Below are positions 55,293 through 64,000 of a stretch of DNA of 64,000 nucleotides, piece after piece (the stretch's first letter is position 1; every line of letters begins with the position of its first letter). A program made the position numbers and the translations under genes. The notes under the pieces are model-generated. The model was not told the origin of the DNA. It was given only the letters and a program-made list of their open reading frames with translations, and made no database searches. The stretch covers positions 1 to 64,000 of the forward strand of contig OW569360.1 in assembly GCA_937625935.1 (NCBI GenBank), given 5' to 3'. This DNA is from Tetramitus jugosus. Its lineage: Eukaryota > Protista > Heterolobosea.

Positions 55293-58128
55293 ATGTTGCA
55301 ACTACAGATACAGCAACCTCAACAACCACTATCACCTTTTCAACAACAACAACAACAACCACCATCTCCTCTCTCACTAAAAACCAATCATCCAAAAGAA
55401 ACTATCGTCTTCATCTATGTGGTTGATGAAACAGTGAACACGCCCACTCCCACTCCAAGAGATGATTCTCCACAACAAAAATTTCAGGAAGAAGAAGAAG
55501 AACATGTGTTGGAGAAGAATCATCAATCATCTCATCATCAACAACAACAAGAGCAACAACAATCAATAGAGGAACAACCAAAATCAGTCTTTCACTTTAA
55601 ATCGTATGCTCGATGTCATATACAGAGCACTTTGCAATTGATGGGTGTGAAGCAACGTGATGCTGATTCAATTACTGGTATGAATGTTTTTTGAATCTGT
55701 GTGTGTGTGTTATTCTTCTTATTTTTTTGTTGTTGTTGTTTGGTTGTATGATGGTCCCAAAGCTATCAATCGAGTTGCTATCGTTTGTTGGTGGTGATGA
55801 GATCACAAGTGTTTTTTTTGTGTCATTAATCATCATGATATACTAACAACAACACGTATTTTTTATTTTTTGCCTCATGTCGTTGCTCATTACGTCAATG
55901 AATTTTTTGTCATGATCACTTCTCTCTCACCTACATATTCACACAAAACCACAACAGAAATTGTCTATGAGTGGTTGGGCAGAGCTTGTTTTATGAAGAA
56001 TCAAATTCAATCAGATGTAATGCTCATGAATGATGCTGATGACGATGATGATGACAATGAAACAGAATTCCTATCACACAGGAGAGCAGAACTCGAAGAA
56101 GACCAGGACAATTACGGTGGTGACAATGAAGAAGACGGAAACAATAAGCGGAGCACTATGTCAAGCACTCCAACTCCGACAATGGAGCATGAAGTTTCTG
56201 CGACGAATCGTGTGGTTGCTGCCGCTGCTGATGCGGCATTGTTGAAGAAGAATGAAGAAGAAGAATTATACAACAACAACAACAACAACGATAATAATAA
56301 TAATGACAAGAATAATGACACTCATTGGTTGACCAACAGCAGTGAAGAGAGTGATCAATTCTTCTATACCAATGGTCATGTGTACAGAAACAATGAAAAC
56401 CACTTCAGAGGAGTCCGTTACACCAATCGTGTCCGCAGTAGTCCTTGTAACAGGATCCCCAACAATTCAAGCAAGAGAGGTCACAGTAGCAGCAGCAGTG
56501 GTGATAGCGATTCCGAATTTAGTGGAACAGCGGTTACAGCACTAGGAGCAGTAGCGACGAATCTGACAGCACATCCAGTCTACACCAAGAAATCAAGACT
56601 TCAACTCATTTGTAACAAAATTTGTGACATCTTGGCTAATGAGAGAGATTTGAAACCTCATCGCTCTGCCATCAACAAATCCATGGTCAAGGTCCTAACA
56701 GCTTACTTGATCCGTAACGAGAGGAACAAACTGAACGAGAAGCGACACTACGGACAGACATCAAACTCTGCCTTGAGCAAGATTGATGTGTCTCATCGAA
56801 GGGACATTGTATTCTTGACGAGACAACAGTTTCAAGAGTTGTTGCGAGTGGGACTCGCTCTGTACGAATATTCGAAACCATCACGCAAGGACGACTTGAA
56901 AATTGCCTGTCAAATTCGAGAACGAAAAAGACCACTCATTGTTTTATTCGGAGGCACTTCAGGTTGCGGCAAATCGACCTTGGCTTCGCTTCTTGCGAGT
57001 CGACTCGGTATCACAAAGGTTCTATCGACAGACTCTGTGAGACACATGCTTCGCGGTTTTATTTCCAAGGAGCAAAACCCAATCTTGTTCGCATCCACCT
57101 ATCATGCAGGAGAATTCCTAAAGGATAGGCCACAATATGCAAACATGACAGCAGATGAACTAGTCATTGAAGGCTATAGGCATCAGTGCCGTATCGTCAT
57201 TGATCAGTTGGACAAGATCATTACCAACTGTATTCGGAATAATGAACCGTTGGTTGTAGAAGGTGTTCATCTTTTGCCTGACTTTATGATCGAACTGATG
57301 AAAAAGTATCCAAATGCCATTGTACCGTATGTGATTTATATTAGTAACGATTCGAAGCACAAGGAAAGATTTGCCTTTAGAGCAAAATACATGACCTTGG
57401 AGCCTCGAAACAACAAGTATGTTCAATATTTTGAACACATTCGGCAAATTCAGGGATATATATGCAAAAGAGCAGACCTTTATGATGTACCAAAGATTGA
57501 CAATACGAACATTGATAGAAGTTTGGCCACAATTCATGCTTCGGTCTTCAAATCAATTAAGAAAGTAGCACTTAACAATGAATGTCTCTATGACTTATCA
57601 ACCAACAAGGCCAAGATATCGCGGACATATACGAAACCTAAATGGACCAGTTCTAGCATGTTGTCAGCAATTCGAACAAAGAGATCGTCGCTCGAACTGA
57701 ACGTATCTCAGATTGGACTTGCCATTCAGAGTAGCAACAGACGATTGGCATTGCACACGAGATCTAATGTTGGTGATGAATCTGATACTGACTCTGATGA
57801 AAGCACGAGAACAGATGATGGAAGTATTATACATGTTGTCGATGAAGATGATGTCAGAGATGGATCAAAATCAGAGAGTCCTTTGTCCTTCTCGCCCAAA
57901 CTTTCACGATTCGACAGAAACCATAGGCGCACAGCACGAAATAGAAGGAGATCCCATTTCAGTAACCTTGCAGACAACGAGATGAGGGGGCCTGATGAAG
58001 GAGAGTCGTCAGGAAGTGATCAAGAAACACCACAACAGTTATCGGACACAGAAATTGTTGGATCTCTTTCAGAGTTCTCTGATAGTACCATTGATGTGCG
58101 ACATCTCGACCTCTTTGATGCCTCATAA
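55293..58128 (+). CDS. LPA1-like / 2-phosphoglycerate-kinase-like P-loop NTPase; intron 55678-55957
   Basis: YARCHIQSTLQLMG, LFGGTSGCGKSTLASLLASRLGI, STDSVRHMLR, VEGVHL, KHKERFAFRAKYMTL. Confidence 0.85.
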
Positions 58129-58444
58129 GTTCAGAGGAACTAACCATAAGCATAAGTAAATATTTATTGATGTTGAGTCAATCCTTCACATTCAGGAAGT
58201 GTATCTTCAACCCATCAAATTTGTCCGAATCGGAATTGAATCGAACAAATTTTTTTGTAAAGTGCTTCATTGAAACTTCCTTGTTTCCAGCTGTCTTTTT
58301 GCATAATTCCACGTGTTCCTCCACCAACATTGTATTTATCGAAACATAAAGTGGCCAAAATCCCCTAGATTGCAAAAACAAAATCACATCAACACCAACA
58401 CCAACAACAACCAACCCAATAACAACAACAACTACAACAACAAC

Positions 58445-60436
58445 ATGAAGATAAAGTCCTTCATAGTAATGATGGCTCTCATGGCCATTGTAGCTCTGAT
58501 CGCCAACGTTGCATCAGTAGCAGCAGACGAAAAGAAACCAGCAGACTCATCGCCCATTATCGGTATTGACTTGGGTACGACATACTCTTGTGTTGGTGTA
58601 TACAGAAATGGTCAAGTCGAAATCATTGCCAACGAGCAAGGTAACAGAATTACTCCATCTGTTGTCTCATTCACTGAAACTGAGAGACTAGTAGGTGACG
58701 CAGCAAAGAACATGGCTGCCATGAACCCAACAAACACTGTCTATGATGCCAAGAGATTGATTGGTAGAAGATTTAGTGACCCTGATGTCCAAAGAGATCA
58801 AAATCTCTTGTCCTACCAAATCGTGGACAAGAATGGTAAGCCAAACATTCAAGTCGAAGTCAAGGGTGAGAAAAAGTTGTTCACTCCAGAGGAAATCTCT
58901 GCCATGGTTCTTCAAAAGATGAAGAATATTGCTGAGACTTTCTTGGGTCAAAAGATTACGAGAGCAGTCGTGACTGTTCCAGCTTATTTTGACGATGCTC
59001 AAAGACAAGCCACCAAGGACGCTGGAACGATTGCTGGCCTCACTGTCGAAAGAATTATCAATGAGCCTACCGCTGCCGCTATCGCCTACGGTTTGGACAA
59101 GAACAAGAAGGACACTAATGTTCTTGTTTTCGATTTGGGTGGTGGTACATTTGATGTCTCCTTGTTGAACTTGGACGACGGCTTGTTTGAAGTTTTGGCC
59201 ACCAGTGGTGACACTCACTTGGGTGGTGAAGATTTTGATCACAGAGTCATGAGATTCTTGATTGACGAGTTCAAGAAGAAGCACGGTGATGATATCTCCA
59301 AGGACAAGAAGTCTACTCAAAAGCTCAAGAGAGAAGTTGAGAAGGCAAAGAGAATTTTGTCATCCCAGCACGAAGCTAGAGTTGAAATTGAGTCATTGTA
59401 CAATGGTATCGATTTCACATACAAGCTCACTAGAGCAAAGTTTGAACAATTGAACAATGACTTGTTCCAGAAGACTATCGAGCCAGTGAAGCAAGTCTTG
59501 AAGGACGCAAAGGTTGCCAAGCACGAAGTTCACGAAATTGTCTTGGTTGGTGGTTCAACCAGAATTCCAAAGGTTCAAAAGTTGATCAAGGACTTTTTCA
59601 ACGGTAAGGAGCCAAAGCAAAATGTCAACCCTGATGAAGCAGTTGCCTATGGTGCTGCTGTTCAAGGAGGTATCTTGAGAGGTGATGTTGATCAAGACAT
59701 TGTCTTGGCCGATGTTGCTTCCTTGTCCTTGGGTATTGAGACTGCTGGTGGTGTCATGACCAAGCTCATCCCTAGAAACTCCAAGATCCCTACTGAGAAG
59801 TCCCAAGTCTTCTCCACCTATCAAGACAACCAACCTGGTGTCTTGATTCAAGTCTTCCAAGGTGAAAGAGCCATGACCAAGGACAACAACTTGTTGGGCA
59901 AGTTCGAATTGGGAGGTATTGCACCTGCACCAAGAGGTGTTCCTCAGATTGAAGTCACCTTCACTGTTGATACTGATGGTATCTTGCACGTTTCTGCCAA
60001 GGACAAGAGCACTGGTAAGGAAAATAGCGTCACCATCACCAACGACAAGTTGAACATGGGTGCTGACGATATCGAGCGTATGGTGAATGAAGCCAAGCAA
60101 TTCGAAGAAGAAGACAGATTGTTGAAGGAGAAGATTGATGCCAGAAACGGACTTGAAGGCTACGCTTACACTTTGAAGAATCAATTGGAAGACAAGCAAT
60201 TCACTGACAAGTTGTCTGAAGAAGACAAGAAGGTTGTTGAAGAAGCTGTCAAGGAGACCACTGAATGGTTGGAGAAGAACCCATCTGCCGAAAAGGACGA
60301 ATACGAAGCACAAAAGAAGGTGATTGAAGATAAGGTCAAGCCTATCATGGTCAAGTTGCACGCAGGTTCTGCAGGCAGCGGTGGCGCTGCTCCAAATGGT
60401 GCCCCAGAAGACTTGGGTCAACACGACGAATTGTAA
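58445..60436 (+). CDS. HSPA5: ER Hsp70 chaperone BiP
   Basis: Signal peptide, [31 protein letters not shown]-terminal HDEL. Confidence 0.97.
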   Translation: MKIKSFIVMMALMAIVALIANVASVAADEKKPADSSPIIGIDLGTTYSCVGVYRNGQVEIIANEQGNRITPSVVSFTETERLVGDAAKNMAAMNPTNTVYDAKRLIGRRFSDPDVQRDQNLLSYQIVDKNGKPNIQVEVKGEKKLFTPEEISAMVLQKMKNIAETFLGQKITRAVVTVPAYFDDAQRQATKDAGTIAGLTVERIINEPTAAAIAYGLDKNKKDTNVLVFDLGGGTFDVSLLNLDDGLFEVLATSGDTHLGGEDFDHRVMRFLIDEFKKKHGDDISKDKKSTQKLKREVEKAKRILSSQHEARVEIESLYNGIDFTYKLTRAKFEQLNNDLFQKTIEPVKQVLKDAKVAKHEVHEIVLVGGSTRIPKVQKLIKDFFNGKEPKQNVNPDEAVAYGAAVQGGILRGDVDQDIVLADVASLSLGIETAGGVMTKLIPRNSKIPTEKSQVFSTYQDNQPGVLIQVFQGERAMTKDNNLLGKFELGGIAPAPRGVPQIEVTFTVDTDGILHVSAKDKSTGKENSVTITNDKLNMGADDIERMVNEAKQFEEEDRLLKEKIDARNGLEGYAYTLKNQLEDKQFTDKLSEEDKKVVEEAVKETTEWLEKNPSAEKDEYEAQKKVIEDKVKPIMVKLHAGSAGSGGAAPNGAPEDLGQHDEL

Positions 60437-60658
60437 AGTACAAAATCCCAACATTTTCAAAAAGTAAATCAATTTATTCTCTGAATGACCATTCCAAGTT
60501 TCATTTGAGCCTGCATGACGCGTTTCTGTTGCTTGATTGCGCGAGAAACCAATTATGCGAATCTCTCTATCGCTTTAAAGAGCCACAAAAAAAGCTTGGT
60601 TTCTCCGTTGAAAGCACGCGAGAAAAACAACAAAATCCTCAACAATTAAAAATCAATA

Positions 60659-62143
60659 ATGACAAACAATGATCTGCATGACATTCAACTCGAAAATGAA
60701 ACACTGGATCGAGAACTCACCCACATCTTAGCCCGTGAATTGCCTCAAATGTGGGATCAACTCATTCAACAATTGTCCATTTGTGTCAAGCTATTTGATC
60801 CAAAAACACCACTGCCCCCACCACTACTGCACACATCATTATCATTATCATCACCCATCTCCACACCACCAGAGCTATCACCAGTTTCTTCACCATTGAC
60901 CCCTTCTCAATCACACCTCGATCATCAACACCTTACCATTCCATCATCATCTAGTAATACTAATAATAATAATAATAATGCTACGACAACAGTATCATTT
61001 CATGTATCTTCAGTGGCCAAGGGATTGATTCAAGTCGAAGGTTATCGCATCATTTCTGGAAAATTAAATTTTCGAATGAAACAGCACAAGCACACCATGG
61101 AGACAACGATACGGCGATCTGAACCCTATGTTCTTCATCAGATTCAACGTGCGCATCACTTGTTGAATGGTGCATTGGCTGATTTGAAAAAAACACGAGT
61201 GACGCATCATCAAATAGTTGGTGGTAGTAGTAGTAGTGGTGGTAGTGGTAGTAGTGGTCATGAAAGCTCTCATGGTTCTTCTTGTCGTGGTACCGGTGGA
61301 GGTGGTAGTGGTAGTAGTAGTCGAGGGGGACATGGTTCGGTTCATCAGCAGAGTCATGCTGTGAATACGTTGATTTTGATATTGGAGGATGTGATGGCTG
61401 CAGTTCAGCAGGCACGAGAGAATATTGTAGTGACGGATAATAGTGTCATGGAGGAGGCTACAGCAATCGTGATGCCAAGTGCAGCAAATGCTACTACAGC
61501 AATGAGTGCAAGTGTGGTCACCAGTTCAAGTAGTGATTCATTGTTGTCCCCGGTGACTTCGACAGCAAGTGGTGGAGAGTCGACTGTGAGTGGATTGCAG
61601 CAGATGCAGATGAATCGATCATCGAGTGGTGATTTGACTGGTAGTGCAACATTGAGCAGGAGTTCGAGTGGTCATGAGGGATTTGCTCGCTCGTTGACCG
61701 ACTCGATAGGCAGTGGAAGCTTTTTGACTTCGCCGTCCAACGTGGCGAAACAAGAGTCATCTTATGCAACAACCATGATGCTGGCGCACAATACGGCAAA
61801 TACGGAGATGATACCTGTACAACAGACTTTCTATCCTCCTCTGCCAAAGGACACTGTAGTGTTGTTCAAAATCTGTGAGGATGCAAGACTTCACATCTCT
61901 ATTTATCATGTTCATTTTGTGAATGCAACAGTTGCTTCCAACAGAGGAGATCTCCAGCAGCCAAATAAGCCTTGGTTCGTTAGTTCCAAATCGGGAGAGG
62001 TTGCTCTGGTGACAGAAGAGTTTACTACGACGTGTGTTTTGAGTCATGTGAATACAGCGCTCGTTCATATGACTGCAGTGTTCAAGCAATGCGTCAGATT
62101 GCGAGACAAGCTATCAGTTCACAGAGCCTACTGTACCATGTAA
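60659..62143 (+). CDS. Rogdi/Rav2-like protein with low-complexity insertions
   Basis: ELTHILARELP..L, KGLIQVEG, PYVLHQIQ, FYPPLPKD, C-terminal LRDKL. Confidence 0.65.
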   Translation: MTNNDLHDIQLENETLDRELTHILARELPQMWDQLIQQLSICVKLFDPKTPLPPPLLHTSLSLSSPISTPPELSPVSSPLTPSQSHLDHQHLTIPSSSSNTNNNNNNATTTVSFHVSSVAKGLIQVEGYRIISGKLNFRMKQHKHTMETTIRRSEPYVLHQIQRAHHLLNGALADLKKTRVTHHQIVGGSSSSGGSGSSGHESSHGSSCRGTGGGGSGSSSRGGHGSVHQQSHAVNTLILILEDVMAAVQQARENIVVTDNSVMEEATAIVMPSAANATTAMSASVVTSSSSDSLLSPVTSTASGGESTVSGLQQMQMNRSSSGDLTGSATLSRSSSGHEGFARSLTDSIGSGSFLTSPSNVAKQESSYATTMMLAHNTANTEMIPVQQTFYPPLPKDTVVLFKICEDARLHISIYHVHFVNATVASNRGDLQQPNKPWFVSSKSGEVALVTEEFTTTCVLSHVNTALVHMTAVFKQCVRLRDKLSVHRAYCTM

Positions 62144-62591
62144 CACCCATCCAGTAATGACTACGACTCCTCCGTGCATCGTTCGTTGAATCACAATAGG
62201 AGCTCACACGATCCGATTTTATTACTCCTGGATGCACCACTTGTTCTGGCACTGCCAGCTTTCTGTAACGCCTCTAAAGGAGAAAGTTCCATCATCCAAG
62301 GGTATACCTCCTATCAAAATAAGGCCACTCAACAGAGAGAAAGGACAAGAGAATCTCTGCTTCTGGCAATTCTAGACAAATGTAAATATTCGTTCCATTT
62401 TCGCTCGTTTGTCCGCCAATATTTCTCCTTGCACGTCAACTTGCATGATTGCGACCAAAAGTCAAATAAAACCGAACTCTTGGTTCAAAAAGATCCGCAA
62501 CTCCAACACGAGCTCTTCCCAACCCAACAACGCCAACCAACACTGCTTTTCCTGCCATTTCCCTTCAGGCAAAACAACTTTTCATTTATTT

Positions 62592-64000
62592 ATGACCCGA
62601 GTGCCCATTTCATGTCCAAACACAACAACAACAACGACAACTGCCTCGACGACAACAACAACTATACTCACGTGCACACAGGAGCAAACAGAGCAAAGTT
62701 CTCAACTGCAGACCAAGCACAAGTCTGATAACAACAATCATAAGAAAATGAAGAATCGTATAGATCACAACAACAACAATAATAACGATAATAACAATAA
62801 CAACAATAATAATAATAACAATAATAATATCAAGAGTAATCATCATCATCATTACAATAATCGTCATTACTACAAGATGAGTCCATTGTTCAGAGCACTT
62901 GTCATGATATTCTGTTTACTGGTCGCACTGTTCCAATCCTATGCACCTATGCGATACAAGATACTGTGTTCCATTTTCCACATGATTTACTTTTTCATTG
63001 ATGACAACATTGTTTCCATTGTACTGTTCTTGGTTACGCGCAAAACATTATTGGACGACAATCGGACTTCTAATCACACGAAGCAAAGCAATGAAGAAGA
63101 GGAAGACAATCAAAATAAGAGTAGTAAGAATGCTTTTTCATCTCGGAGTGGCAACATGACGATGAACAATCATCATGTTCATCATCAAAAGCAAAGTGAA
63201 AAACAAGAACAACGAACGAATGAGACAGTGTGGAAGCTGTATTGTCTTCCACCGAATTGTCCGATCAATATGCTGCACATTCATTTGATTCGGTCTCTTT
63301 ATTTGGCTCTGCTGCCTCTCTATTCATATGCCTTTTTAGGTATAGAAGCACCTGTTTGGTTGGCAAGCTTTGTTTTTCAGCAATCTCTCGCTGTTAATCT
63401 ATCGACTGTGACGGATGCTCATTGGTCTCTGATTTTGATTGTTGTTTCGAGTCATTTTGTGGCGACTGTAGTGGGCATGTTCTGTATTGCTCCTCGTTTC
63501 TCTGGACCAAGTTATTCACTGTGCAATGTCATTTCACCGATTGCTTGTCTCATTTGTTCAATGGTTATGATGATTCGCATCTGTGAATACATGAAGCAAA
63601 TTGCGACACGTGAAAGAGAGGACGAAAAGCACGCCACGTTTGTCCATTCGGAAATCATGTACCGTAAAATGTATCGGGACGCGCCTTGTTTGTTTATTAC
63701 GGTGAATCGGGCGGGAGTGATTCTCAATTGTAATACGGCAGTTCAAAAGCTAACGTGTCGATCAGAGGATGCGCTCATTGGCAGTGTATTTTATTCCTTG
63801 TTGACGCCAGAGAGCCAAGCAGCGCTGAGGAATGTGCTTGTGATTTGTGGAACGACCAATACAAAGAAGGATGTGGTCATCAACAACATTGAGCTCGAAA
63901 TGAAAGGTGGTTATGTAAATATGATTGTGGATTCTGATCGCTCCTTGTTGGGTAGTGGTGGTAGTGGTGGTGAGGATGAGGAAGAAACAACTGCAAGCTC
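62592..64000 (+). CDS. Multi-pass membrane PAS-domain sensor, possibly a hybrid histidine kinase or cyclase; truncated by the window end
   Basis: Frame open from ATG 62592 to the end (so absent from the ORF track); several TM helices, then SEIMYRKMYRDAPCLFITVNRAGVILNCN..LIGSVFYSLLTPES PAS signature. Confidence 0.7.
   Translation, partial: MTRVPISCPNTTTTTTTASTTTTTILTCTQEQTEQSSQLQTKHKSDNNNHKKMKNRIDHNNNNNNDNNNNNNNNNNNNNIKSNHHHHYNNRHYYKMSPLFRALVMIFCLLVALFQSYAPMRYKILCSIFHMIYFFIDDNIVSIVLFLVTRKTLLDDNRTSNHTKQSNEEEEDNQNKSSKNAFSSRSGNMTMNNHHVHHQKQSEKQEQRTNETVWKLYCLPPNCPINMLHIHLIRSLYLALLPLYSYAFLGIEAPVWLASFVFQQSLAVNLSTVTDAHWSLILIVVSSHFVATVVGMFCIAPRFSGPSYSLCNVISPIACLICSMVMMIRICEYMKQIATREREDEKHATFVHSEIMYRKMYRDAPCLFITVNRAGVILNCNTAVQKLTCRSEDALIGSVFYSLLTPESQAALRNVLVICGTTNTKKDVVINNIELEMKGGYVNMIVDSDRSLLGSGGSGGEDEEETTAS

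Noticed and set aside
58688-60472. Long antisense ORFs opposite BiP; similar ones opposite eIF2-gamma and typA
   Set aside because: Shadow ORFs caused by codon bias in highly expressed genes, well known for Hsp70
62760-62860. (AAT/AAC)n microsatellites here and elsewhere
   Set aside because: They encode poly-Asn/Gln/Thr tracts typical of this genome's proteins

Overview
Left end of a eukaryotic (protist) chromosome using the standard genetic code, with gene-dense DNA, short GT-AG introns and many poly-N/Q/T/S tracts. A heterolobosean amoeba is plausible but cannot be established from the sequence. Bases 1-778 are a (CCCAAA)n telomere (TTTGGG on the G-strand). Just inside it lies an endonuclease-less Penelope-like (PLE) reverse transcriptase (about 1767/1857-3662, + strand), with its 5' end facing the telomere, the polarity expected if the chromosome 3' end primes reverse transcription. 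The most notable signal is that the last ~140 codons and the 3' UTR of this RT (about 3247-3830) form a dense run of stem-loops. An 18-bp hairpin ends exactly one base before CCCAAACCCA (3428-3437), a template-length copy of this chromosome's own telomere repeat, which resembles a telomerase-RNA boundary-plus-template module inside the RT mRNA (hypothesis). Related end motifs at ~1696-1782 and ~4372-4532 suggest a head-to-tail chain of terminal insertions. A pseudogene-rich subtelomere (4.6-11.6 kb) and an F-box cluster follow. After that come mostly ordinary genes: RegA-like receiver-PDE, RTEL1, SMYD, atypical G-alpha, GDPD, LRR-PP2C, TypA, SMG8, RCC1-repeat protein, gamma-SNAP, eIF2-gamma, a NEK-like kinase with a bacterial-like N-terminal domain, LPA1-like NTPase, BiP, Rogdi, and a membrane PAS sensor running off the window. 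All family assignments come from motif recognition by eye; no searches or folding programs were run.
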